From assembly GCA_964348455.1 (NCBI GenBank), contig CAYGCQ010000001.1, positions 58,450 to 122,449 on the forward strand: 64,000 bases of DNA, written 5' to 3'. The notes beneath the pieces are model-generated. The model was given only the letters and a program-made list of their open reading frames with translations, did no database searches and was not told the DNA's origin. This DNA is from an uncultured Pseudomonadales bacterium. Lineage in GTDB: Bacteria; Patescibacteriota; Microgenomatia; UBA1400; MFAQ01. Below, in pieces: positions 36,727 to 46,318 of the stretch. The translations under genes were made by a program, and so were the position numbers. How positions within the stretch are numbered: the stretch's first letter is position 1; every line of letters begins with the position of its first letter.

Positions 36727-36730
36727 GTTC

Positions 36731-38273
36731 CTATTTGGGAAAATTTTCAGTCAGGCATCTACTATCAAGGGATATTCTCTTTTCAAGTAGAAAATATCCG
36801 AATTCAAAAGTGTCTTCTATTTTAGAAAATTCATCTTCATCTTTTTCGTCTTTCTCGATTAAATGTTTTGGTATACCACCGATAGGTTCTCTGATTAAGA
36901 ATCTCACACATGTTACTCCTGATGTTGGTTGGGGGATATAGCCCGGAAAACCGAGAACATTCCCTGTTTCGTAATATGGAGAATATCCATGTACCGGTTT
37001 CCCATATTGATCGATCAAGTATGCCCATACAGTCTGCATGTTGTAGGGCATAGAGGTAATTCTCATGGTAAAAGATTTGTTGTCGGCCAGAGAATACATT
37101 TTATTTATTATCTTTATTTCATCCGCAAGGAACATAAACTGCTGAGTCTTGATGTCTTCTATCAAGCCGTCTTTGTTCAATGCTCTGATCTGATAAATAT
37201 TCCCCGCTAGAGCCAGCAGTATTACAGCAAATCCCACATATTTACTTTGGTCAATAGCCTTATCAGCAAAAGCAGCCAAGCCAATAATGAGTCCAGTGCC
37301 TATACCTACATTAATATAGTAAGCACTGTATGCACCAAATATAAATATTGCCACTCCACCAAAAATCCAAGTAAGAAGCAGACGATACTCTACTTTTTTT
37401 AGAGCTTGGTAAATCCAGAATAGCAAAAAGACACTCGCAATCACCCATAAAACACGAGAATCAGCAGGGAAAAAGTTATCATGAAAAAGTTTTATCCACC
37501 TCTTTTCATAAATAATCCATTTAGACGCATCGCCCGAAACACTATATCCACCTGTGGCTAAATTGAGAGCTGTTTTAACTCCATTAAAATTACTTCTGAT
37601 TTCAGTCAAGATATACGGAGAATCTATTCCCAGGCCGACAACTATTGCCAGAATCCAGGACTTAATGCTGATTTTCTTTAGGTTCTTAAACAGTATCAGT
37701 AGAATTACTATTCCGACTATAAAGAGTCACCAGAAAAAGTTCTAACTGAGCACCAGAAGCTATTCCAAGTGCCATCAATGGAAGTCCCCAAAATTTATTT
37801 TTATTTTTATAAATAACCACTGCGCCGGCAAAAAGGCTAATCCAGGAGAATATCGCCAGACTTGGGTTTCCATAATACATAGAGTACTGAGTCGCTTCGA
37901 AAGAGACGGCAAAGATTGCTGAAGCTATGTAGGCCGCTCGCTTACCAAAAAGTTTATCTGTAATCCAGAATATCGGGAAAATAGCCAAAGCATTTATAAT
38001 TCTAAAAACAGCAGCTACAAAGAAGGGGTTTCCGAGTCCAACTATATAAAGAATCCCCATTAAATACCAGTGAAGTACTCCATGATTAAGACCTGGGGCA
38101 TTTGCTGGTGGTCCAATTATTTTCCAATCTCCCTGAGTGTAAATGGCTTGAGAGACAAATGCATCTCTAGCTTCATCAAACCCAAAATATACATTTCCAG
38201 TAAACCCGTAAAATCTTAAAAACAAAGCTAGGATGAAAATTAGGCCCAGAGGCCACCATTTGTTCAATTTCAC
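36731..38273 (-). pseudogene. GT-C fold glycosyltransferase (GDEGRD subfamily) split into two ORFs (37686-38273 N-terminal part; 36731-37609 C-terminal part), probably by a frameshift or stop
   Basis: The N-terminal ORF has FYGFTGNVYFGFDEARDAFVSQAIYTQGDW, paralogous to the 11830 and 27145 genes, but stops after 195 aa. A second TM-rich ORF continues 76 nt downstream on the same strand. Confidence 0.45.
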
Positions 38274-38314
38274 ACACTAATTTTATCAAATAATATCATT
38301 TATGATGCAAGAAG

Positions 38315-39580
38315 TTGGTATACTCAACTTACATGAAACTGGCCAAAAATTTATGGATTGCGCTGATTATCGCCGTTATTCTTAGATTGTTTGTGATGGG
38401 CATCTCATACCATCCAGACCTTTCAGGTCAGTTGCTTTCGGGCTACTTCTTCGCTTTTGAGGGGGTGACAAATGTTTACGACCACCTGGCTAACCTCTCA
38501 TCGGACCATGCTTTGGTAAAAAACTTTGGAGTAGGGGACATCTTTATATATCCACCTCTAACGTACTTTACCATCGGTTCATTTATAAAACTCTCTAGCG
38601 TTATCGTTCCGGAAAAATTCTTTTTGGATATCATGAACGGCTTATCAATATATCAACCCGGACTCAGCTGGAATCTCATCATTCTTAAGTTTCCTTATCT
38701 TTTGGTAGATATCTGTATGGCTTTTGCTTTAGCGTCTCTGTTTGATAAAGAAAAGCAGAAAAAATGGGCCTTTTTACTCTGGCTTTTTAATCCTGTCACC
38801 TTTTACGCGACATTTTCCATGGGAGTATTTGATATTATTCCTGCCATTTTTACAGTTCTGTCACTGTATTTTGCCAAGCAAAAGAAGCTTCCCCTAGCCG
38901 CTGTGATGCTTTCAATCGGCGCTGCATATAAGCAATATCCCATCTTTTTACTTCCATATATCGTTTTCTCCGCTAAAAATTTCAGAGAAGGGATAAAGAT
39001 AGTTCTTTGCGGACTCCTCCCTTACCTTCTAACTATAGCTCCATTTCTTAATTCTTCTGCCTTCAAATATATGGTCTTTGGAGCCAAGTCTCAGAAAGAG
39101 TTTTATATGCAGTGGATGGTCTCGGGCTCAGAAGGAATCTTCCCATATCTCCTCGGAGTGGTTGTGCTCTACCTTCATGCTTTCAGAAATAAATATCTGG
39201 TTCCAAGACTGTGGAAATATTATCTGGGAATTTTTCTACTACTTTTTTCCGTCACTCATTATCACCCTCAATGGTTTATTTGGATCGCCCCCTTCCTGGT
39301 TATTGAGCTAGTCAGTACAGATTTCTACAATCTTTGGCTAGATCTTACTCTTTTTGCCTGCTACGTATTCATTGTTCTGACTTTCGACAACTCGCTTTCT
39401 GTGGGAATGTTCTCGGTACTCAATCAAAATCTAAATAAGTTCCAAGGGATAGATAAATTAATTTCCGCTAAGACAGATATCTTTGCACTCAAGAGTTACG
39501 TCAGGACTCTTTTTGCAGGAGTCAGTCTGTTCTTGGTCTTTGATTTGCTAAAGTCAGGTAAAAAGCCAAAAGAGGCATGA
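38315..39580 (+). CDS. hypothetical polytopic membrane protein (possible GT-C/DUF2029-like)
   Basis: 421 aa with at least 10 TM helices. Weak resemblance only. Confidence 0.45.
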   Translation: MVYSTYMKLAKNLWIALIIAVILRLFVMGISYHPDLSGQLLSGYFFAFEGVTNVYDHLANLSSDHALVKNFGVGDIFIYPPLTYFTIGSFIKLSSVIVPEKFFLDIMNGLSIYQPGLSWNLIILKFPYLLVDICMAFALASLFDKEKQKKWAFLLWLFNPVTFYATFSMGVFDIIPAIFTVLSLYFAKQKKLPLAAVMLSIGAAYKQYPIFLLPYIVFSAKNFREGIKIVLCGLLPYLLTIAPFLNSSAFKYMVFGAKSQKEFYMQWMVSGSEGIFPYLLGVVVLYLHAFRNKYLVPRLWKYYLGIFLLLFSVTHYHPQWFIWIAPFLVIELVSTDFYNLWLDLTLFACYVFIVLTFDNSLSVGMFSVLNQNLNKFQGIDKLISAKTDIFALKSYVRTLFAGVSLFLVFDLLKSGKKPKEA

Positions 39581-40332
39581 TCCCTCAACTTTTCCTGTCA
39601 TTTGTATTTTCTTTGATATTCTTTGCCAGAGAAAAATCAGGCTGGTTTGGTATTCTATATCTCGCATTTCTTCCATTTATTATTTTCTCCGGCTTAGAAC
39701 CACTCCTCTTATTTATCTCACTATTACTCGGGTATCTCCTCTTTTGTCTTTTCCGAAAACCAACCGCTTCTAACTTCGTAATCTTTATAATTGTTGTTAT
39801 TACTTCTCTTGCTATAGTCCAGCCAAGGAGTGGAATTGATCTGGGCATGCTCAATGCAATCAATTCTCAAAGAGGGGAGCACTCCGATTTTGAAAACTCA
39901 CTATTGCCAAAGCTACTTCACAACAAATCAGACCTTTTCCAATCTTTTATAAACAATTTTGACAAGCTTTTGTCTCCAGTTGCCATTTTTGCTTCCGGAT
40001 TTTGGCACAATATCAGTCCTTATTATCCTCTTGGATTCTTGTTTCCTTGGGATCTATTTTTTATCTATTACTTCTTCAAGAATCAATCGACTTCTTGGAC
40101 TCGAAAATCTTACTGGTTTTTTGCAGTAGCCTTGATTCTACTTATCCTGCTTACGGGATTTGTCTACCTTGACCAGGCAGAGGTTTACTGTTTCGCTGTC
40201 GTTTATTTCTTGGCTATTTTGGCTTTCCTTGGATATTCGCAGTCATCCATAAAGACCAGATATATTTTCCTACTCATCAACTCAATTTACTTGGTCTACC
40301 ATCTGGTCGTCACTAGTTACTTTCCCATATGA
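39577..40332 (+). CDS. hypothetical polytopic membrane protein
   Basis: 251 aa with about 7 TM helices. Overlapping start and stop with its neighbours. Confidence 0.45.
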   Translation: MIPQLFLSFVFSLIFFAREKSGWFGILYLAFLPFIIFSGLEPLLLFISLLLGYLLFCLFRKPTASNFVIFIIVVITSLAIVQPRSGIDLGMLNAINSQRGEHSDFENSLLPKLLHNKSDLFQSFINNFDKLLSPVAIFASGFWHNISPYYPLGFLFPWDLFFIYYFFKNQSTSWTRKSYWFFAVALILLILLTGFVYLDQAEVYCFAVVYFLAILAFLGYSQSSIKTRYIFLLINSIYLVYHLVVTSYFPI

Positions 40333-42062
40333 CAAAGTCGAATTTTAATCATAAATATGTCATTCCCGACCTGATCGGGAATCCATCCCCTGTTAAATTT
40401 ATGTTTTGGATCATAATTTTATTTGTCATATTTTTTACCAGATTCTACAAACTAGATTCTATCCCTCCATCTTTAACCATCGATGAAGTTTCCATAGGTT
40501 ACAACGCATTCTCAATACTCAAAACCGGCCGAGATGAGTGGGGAAATCTTTTACCTATTTCGTTTAGATCTGTGGGGGACTTCAAAGCGCCTACTCTAAT
40601 CTATCTCACGGTTCCCTTTATCAGGATTTTTGGGCTAAATGAATTTGGTGTCAGACTTCCAGTTGCCATCTTTTCTGCCCTAAATATCCTTTTGTTTTGG
40701 ATACTGGTTAAACTTTTTGTATTTAATAGGAAATTTATTTGGTCACCATACATAGCCACTCTAATCTTCTCGCTTTCGCCTTGGCTAATTCCATTCTCAC
40801 GTTCCGGCTTCGAAGCTGTTATTGCATTAACCTTTTTACTCACCAATCTAATTTTTGCTTTCAAGTTTAAGCAGTCAGGCAGCTTGCAACATTTCTTTTT
40901 TATGTTCTTATTTGCATTTCTTTCCGCCATCACATATCACTCGACCAAAATAGTTGTTCCCTTGATTAATCTATTCTTTATTGGTTTTGAATTTAGTTAT
41001 TTTAGATCTCGTCTCAAAGCCTGGTCAAGAGAAAACAAAACAGCTTTAATTTTTACATCCACAGTATTCTTATTGCTCATGGCTTTCTTCGTTGGGAATT
41101 TTATTCTTGGACCAGGATCCTCGCGGGCAAGTATGACGATGCTTTCGAAAGATTTTGATTTTTCCAGAGGCTTGCTTCCTCAGTTCCAACAGCATCCCTT
41201 CTCTGGACTTACTTCCTCAATTGGCTTGTTTTCACTTTGGTTTAAACGCTTGTTGGAATATTTTTCTCCAAATTTCTATCTTACGTCTGGACTTGGACTA
41301 GTTACACCAGGTCAGCCGGGTCAGGGTGTAATTTACTCCATCGAGTTTCCATTTTTAATTCTCGGGTTTTTGCTCTTAATTTTTAAGTCCAATATTTTGA
41401 ACACACTACTTGCTTCGACACTGGCTACAAAACTTCTGATTGTTTGGCTATTTATTTCTTTACTCCCAGCTTCTGTTACCAACAACAGTCAGCATGCTTT
41501 AAGAACTTTAAACATCGTACCGGTTATTACCATTCTTATCGTCGTTGGTTTTGAGTATACTTACTCGTTTCTCAAGAAGAATTTCTTGAGATATCTTTTC
41601 TTTACGCTGGTTCTTATTGGCTATATGTATGGACTACTAAGATTTACTGACTACTATAGCCTCCACTATCCGGTAGAGCTTTCAGAAACTCGTTCATACG
41701 GTTGGAAACAAATGGCAATATTTGCTAGAGGTCACCACACTGAATACGACTCTGTGTACGTAGACCCTAGGTTTGGTACTCAGGGTCCGTACACTTATGG
41801 TGTGCCATATCTCTATTTTCTCTTTTATTCTAAATACGATCCAAAAACCTATATTGACGATCCAAGAAGAAATTCTGGAACAGATTTTGAAAATTATATT
41901 TTCGAACCAATTGAGCGAATGTATGTAGATCAAGAAAAAAATAATTTATACATAGCCAGCCCTTGGACTTTTCCGAGCGAGCTAATATCCTCAAAAAATC
42001 AGAAGTATTACGTGCCTTTTCTCAACAACTCCTCTGGTTTATACGCCATTTCCGACAGGTAG
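40329..42062 (+). CDS. ArnT/PMT-family membrane glycosyltransferase (tandem paralog 1 of 6)
   Basis: TIDEVSIGYNAFSILKTGRDEWGNLLPISFRSVGDFKAP...GVRLPVAIFSALN. A canonical repeat at 40359-40390 lies in the N-terminal extension, and an alternative ATG at 40401 follows it. Confidence 0.7.
   Translation: MTKSNFNHKYVIPDLIGNPSPVKFMFWIIILFVIFFTRFYKLDSIPPSLTIDEVSIGYNAFSILKTGRDEWGNLLPISFRSVGDFKAPTLIYLTVPFIRIFGLNEFGVRLPVAIFSALNILLFWILVKLFVFNRKFIWSPYIATLIFSLSPWLIPFSRSGFEAVIALTFLLTNLIFAFKFKQSGSLQHFFFMFLFAFLSAITYHSTKIVVPLINLFFIGFEFSYFRSRLKAWSRENKTALIFTSTVFLLLMAFFVGNFILGPGSSRASMTMLSKDFDFSRGLLPQFQQHPFSGLTSSIGLFSLWFKRLLEYFSPNFYLTSGLGLVTPGQPGQGVIYSIEFPFLILGFLLLIFKSNILNTLLASTLATKLLIVWLFISLLPASVTNNSQHALRTLNIVPVITILIVVGFEYTYSFLKKNFLRYLFFTLVLIGYMYGLLRFTDYYSLHYPVELSETRSYGWKQMAIFARGHHTEYDSVYVDPRFGTQGPYTYGVPYLYFLFYSKYDPKTYIDDPRRNSGTDFENYIFEPIERMYVDQEKNNLYIASPWTFPSELISSKNQKYYVPFLNNSSGLYAISDR
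40359..40390 (+). repeat. canonical hairpin repeat (GTCATTCCCGACCTGATCGGGAATCCATCCCC)
   Basis: Lies between the ORF-track start 40329 and the alternative start 40401. Confidence 0.9.
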
Positions 42063-42083
42063 CGCATATAATTACTAAGCAAC

Positions 42084-42920
42084 ATGAAAAAACTAATATT
42101 TTTTGTCTCGGCAGTTTTGATGTTGGCTTTCTGGCCTCTCTCTTTCCTATTTGCCAATCAGGACTCCTGGGTACCCTTTTTCGTAGCTCTCACAATACTT
42201 CTGGTAGATTGGCTTCTTTATCTAAATAAGTTTAAATACCACTACTTCCTATATCTCCTCTTCCCTCTCATCCATCCTGCGTTGCTCCTCTTCCCAATTA
42301 TTTCACTTATTTTTATTGTTATTTCGACCGAGGGTAAGCCCAGGTGGAGAAATCTCACACTAGCAATATTCACCTCGCTCCTAATTATTGTCTCTTTTTT
42401 TTCCTACAAAACCTTCTATGCTTACTCCATCTTCACTCCAGATCCACTAGCTTTTGATACCCTAAACAAAAAGATTTCTCTAATCCCAAATCGCAATCTA
42501 GCCAAAGTTTTCATGAACAAAACTACAATTTTTCAGGATAAATTTAAATCCAATATTTTTATCTCTTTAGACCCAAACAACTACTTTTTTGGACTTCACC
42601 CACAAGAGTTGGGAAACAACCAGAACTTAACAAAATTTCCATATCTAGCCATTTTTCCCTTTCTGATAGGTTTGTACTATTTATTGGACAGTAAGTCCAA
42701 GCATTGGATAATATCTATCTTTGTTGCCATAGCATCTTCCATCGCCTTTATAAACAATCAGGATCGATTCGACATCCTACTTTACTTACCCATAGTCCTC
42801 ATTTGTCTTAATGGGCTGAAAAAGATCTTCGATTCATCATCTTTTAATTTCTCCATTTTTTCTGCCTTTTTCATCCCCATTTCAATTATCGAACTAGCTA
42901 GGCTAATTATATTTAGATAA
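42084..42920 (+). CDS. hypothetical polytopic membrane protein
   Basis: 278 aa with about 8 TM helices, interleaved between PMT paralogs. Confidence 0.45.
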   Translation: MKKLIFFVSAVLMLAFWPLSFLFANQDSWVPFFVALTILLVDWLLYLNKFKYHYFLYLLFPLIHPALLLFPIISLIFIVISTEGKPRWRNLTLAIFTSLLIIVSFFSYKTFYAYSIFTPDPLAFDTLNKKISLIPNRNLAKVFMNKTTIFQDKFKSNIFISLDPNNYFFGLHPQELGNNQNLTKFPYLAIFPFLIGLYYLLDSKSKHWIISIFVAIASSIAFINNQDRFDILLYLPIVLICLNGLKKIFDSSSFNFSIFSAFFIPISIIELARLIIFR

Positions 42921-44624
42921 ATGAAAAAATTAAGCAAACATCTCCCGCTTTTTCTTTTATTCATTGCTATCATCGTTGGGGCATTCTTCCGATTTTACAA
43001 AATCGGAGACTCTCCAAAAGGTGTTTATGTGGACGAAGCCGCCCTTGGTTACAATGCCTACTCGATTTTGAAAACAGGTAAGGACGAGTTTGGAAAAGCA
43101 TTTCCCATAATGTTTAGATCCTTCGCCACTTTCCAAAGTCCTGTATATACCTATCTCACAGTGCCCTTTATTTCCATGTTTGGATTATCCTCATTTTCCA
43201 CTCGCTTGCCTTCGGCATTATTCGGGTTGCTCACCATCCCCCTCCTATATTTTCTTGTTAAGCAGTTATCAGGTACAGATCCAGTCACCAAGAACCAAGT
43301 TCCTCGCACCAATCACTTCGCACTATTTTCTGCCCTCCTCCTCGCCATTTCTCCTTGGCACATTCAGTATAGTCGGACAGCATACGAATCAAACATTGCG
43401 CTCTTTTTCTTACTTCTGGGATCACTGCTGTTTATCAAAGCTTTGAAAAAACCTTGGCTTTTTACTCTCTCTGCTCTTTCATTTGGAATTTCTTTTATAG
43501 CCTACAGAGCCGAGATTCTGATTGTGCCAGTGTTACTCGCGGTATTTACCGTTCGATTTGGTAAGGTAATAATTACAAACCTAAAATCTTTCCTATTTCC
43601 AATCTTCATTGGAAGTATTCTTGGACTCGTGGTAATTGCTCCCACAGTTCTGATATTGCGCACCCCAGGATTCCAAGCAAGGACTTCAGCAATGAATATT
43701 TTTTCACTGTCCCTTCAGGCTCCCTGGGGTTATAAAGAGGGTGGTGGACCCCTTGAAAAATTAACGAACAATCCCCAGCTACTTTCAGGCAAAGAGTTTC
43801 TTTCACTTTACTCTTCTTATCTTTCACCTAGATACATGTTCTCTCTGGGAGACTCTGGTCCTAGAAAGCCGTATACAGACCTTGGCACTTTTTACGCATG
43901 GCAATTCCCTTTCTTTTTGGTTGGCCTTTATTTATTACTCAAGTCCAAAGATCAGAATGGTCTAAAAACTTTTATTCTTACATTGCTTTTGGTTTCTCCT
44001 ATTCCGGCGGCTCTTACCCGAGATCCTTACTCCACTCTCAGATCACTACCACTGGTAGTGCCCATAATCCTAATCATTTCGTACGGACTGGTGAAAATCT
44101 TCGAGATAAATTGGCGGTACGCAAATAGATGGAAGTACACCGCTCTCACAATTTTGATACTCCTATCTTCGTTAAAGATGTTTATATCTGCTTTCTATCA
44201 TCACGATTATTTCAGATCTGTTTTTTGGAACTACGGTTGGCAAAATGTAGTCGAGAGCTTTCAGGACTTGGATCCTACGTTGCCAATCATCGTGGACAAT
44301 TCCCGTGGAGATTCCTACATTGAGCTATTGTTCTTTTTAAAATACTATCCGGCTACATATCAGCAAGATAACCTAGAAGTGCCTCTTTCGGAGTACTATA
44401 CCAATATGACGCGCAACACCACAAAACACTTGGGAAAAATTACGGTTAAGGGCTTTCAATGGGGTGTTGATACTGACAATGTCGAACAGTATATTGTGGC
44501 TGATAGCATTGCTATCTCAGACCCACAAGTGGAGTATCACGGCCTAACAGTAGTTTCAGAGACTCGACTGCCCAACAACGGAGGCTCATTGCGCATACTA
44601 AAAACAAACCCTAAATCAAAATGA
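42921..44624 (+). CDS. ArnT/PMT-family membrane glycosyltransferase (tandem paralog 2)
   Basis: VDEAALGYNAYSILKTGKDEFGKAFPIMFRSFATFQSPVYTYL...STRLPSALFGLL. Confidence 0.7.
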   Translation: MKKLSKHLPLFLLFIAIIVGAFFRFYKIGDSPKGVYVDEAALGYNAYSILKTGKDEFGKAFPIMFRSFATFQSPVYTYLTVPFISMFGLSSFSTRLPSALFGLLTIPLLYFLVKQLSGTDPVTKNQVPRTNHFALFSALLLAISPWHIQYSRTAYESNIALFFLLLGSLLFIKALKKPWLFTLSALSFGISFIAYRAEILIVPVLLAVFTVRFGKVIITNLKSFLFPIFIGSILGLVVIAPTVLILRTPGFQARTSAMNIFSLSLQAPWGYKEGGGPLEKLTNNPQLLSGKEFLSLYSSYLSPRYMFSLGDSGPRKPYTDLGTFYAWQFPFFLVGLYLLLKSKDQNGLKTFILTLLLVSPIPAALTRDPYSTLRSLPLVVPIILIISYGLVKIFEINWRYANRWKYTALTILILLSSLKMFISAFYHHDYFRSVFWNYGWQNVVESFQDLDPTLPIIVDNSRGDSYIELLFFLKYYPATYQQDNLEVPLSEYYTNMTRNTTKHLGKITVKGFQWGVDTDNVEQYIVADSIAISDPQVEYHGLTVVSETRLPNNGGSLRILKTNPKSK

Positions 44625-46318
44625 AAATAAAAAATTTCATTCTCAACTACTGGCCCTTAATATTAGCTCTTTTCGTCGCAGGTATCATAAGGCTTTACGG
44701 CCTACTTCAAAATCCAATCAGTCTATATTCAGATGAGGTAGATATCGGTTATCAGGTACATACTTTGCTCACTACAGGCAGAGATTATCAAGGTAATTTC
44801 TTACCTTTACAGTTTCATTCATTTTCTGATGTTCGCACACCTCTCCCGATATACTTCACTGCTTTAGTTAATCTTATTGGTGTTCCATTAGATCTCGCTA
44901 TTCGTCTTACTCCGGCAATTTTTGGAATTCTGGGCATTTTGGCCACTTATCTTTTTTTAGAGAATCTATCAAAAAAAGAAATATTCGACCTGAAAGTATC
45001 CCATCTCGGATTAATTGGTTCAGCTATTCTAGCTTTAATCCCTTGGCACGTAACTTTTTCCAGAATAGGATTCGAACTATCCATGCTATATTTCTTTGCT
45101 ATTTTTGGCTTCTACCTATACACAGAATACTTGATAATGAAAAAAAATAAATTTCTTTATCTTTCTACACTTTTTCTTGGTCTCACTCCTATGGTGTATA
45201 GCACTGCCAAGCTGGCGGTGCTCGCATACCCAATTCTGCTATTGATGTTATCTGGTGATACCAAGGTCTTCAAATCTCTGAAACAGATTTTGACAGCTTT
45301 AGTGATTTTATTTCTACCCCTTGTCCTTTTACTACTCAGTGGGGGAGCTGCTTCTAGATTCCAATATATTTCCATCTTCACAAACCCAACGACGGTTCCG
45401 GAAATAAATCTTGAAAGACAGTCGGATTTTGGTCCCGTCTCTGCTGTGGGTTCCAGTCCCTCAATATTTACAAAAATATTTCACAATAAGCCTCTCTGGT
45501 ACTCTAACGATCTCACAAATAACTTGTTTGATTTAATCTCTACGCAATTTTTATTTACACAAGGCGACCCAAACCTTCGTCATTCACCAGAAAACTGGGG
45601 TGTATTGTATCGCGCAATATTCCCACTATTAGTGATTGGGGTGTATTTCCTCATTAGGTATCAAAAAAGCAGATTAGTGTTATTCTTGGGATCTTTTTTG
45701 ATTGTCGCCATGTCCGCATCAGTGATTACCAGAGGAGGTGGAACACATGCAAGTCGATCATATATGATGATCTTGCCTTTTGTGGTTGTTAGCGGAATTG
45801 GCTTAGCTTATTTAAGCTCCTTCAAAAAAATATTATTTTATCTATTTTCTTTAGCTGTTGTGTTTGAATCGATATTTTTTCTTCATAGCTACTGGACACA
45901 TTATCGATACGATTCTGCGGGTTTTTGGAGCTATGGCATGAAGCAAGCAATCATTTCTTCTGAGAAATACCCCGGACAGCCAATTGTGATTTCTCCGAAA
46001 AATGAAAACCCCTTGATTTTTTATCTGTACTACACAAGATTTGACCCTAGTAGATTTCAAAAATTTGTTCAAGACAATACCGTATACATCAATATGTCTG
46101 GCGAGCACAATCTTGAGGGTAACAGGATTGGAGACAGCAATCTCTATATTGCCACACTCAGCGACATGAACAATAAATCAGAAAACCTACTGCCTGAAGC
46201 AGTCTATTATTTTGCAAAACTCGAGACCATTAATAGTCAAGTCCGAACAGTAGGAACAAACAGTGACATAATTACATCACCTTCCGGTGAACCAATATTT
46301 TATGAAATCCATTTTTAA
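44621..46318 (+). CDS. ArnT/PMT-family membrane glycosyltransferase (tandem paralog 3)
   Basis: SDEVDIGYQVHTLLTTGRDYQGNFLPLQFHSFSDVRTP...AIRLTPAIFGIL. Confidence 0.7.
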   Translation: MKIKNFILNYWPLILALFVAGIIRLYGLLQNPISLYSDEVDIGYQVHTLLTTGRDYQGNFLPLQFHSFSDVRTPLPIYFTALVNLIGVPLDLAIRLTPAIFGILGILATYLFLENLSKKEIFDLKVSHLGLIGSAILALIPWHVTFSRIGFELSMLYFFAIFGFYLYTEYLIMKKNKFLYLSTLFLGLTPMVYSTAKLAVLAYPILLLMLSGDTKVFKSLKQILTALVILFLPLVLLLLSGGAASRFQYISIFTNPTTVPEINLERQSDFGPVSAVGSSPSIFTKIFHNKPLWYSNDLTNNLFDLISTQFLFTQGDPNLRHSPENWGVLYRAIFPLLVIGVYFLIRYQKSRLVLFLGSFLIVAMSASVITRGGGTHASRSYMMILPFVVVSGIGLAYLSSFKKILFYLFSLAVVFESIFFLHSYWTHYRYDSAGFWSYGMKQAIISSEKYPGQPIVISPKNENPLIFYLYYTRFDPSRFQKFVQDNTVYINMSGEHNLEGNRIGDSNLYIATLSDMNNKSENLLPEAVYYFAKLETINSQVRTVGTNSDIITSPSGEPIFYEIHF

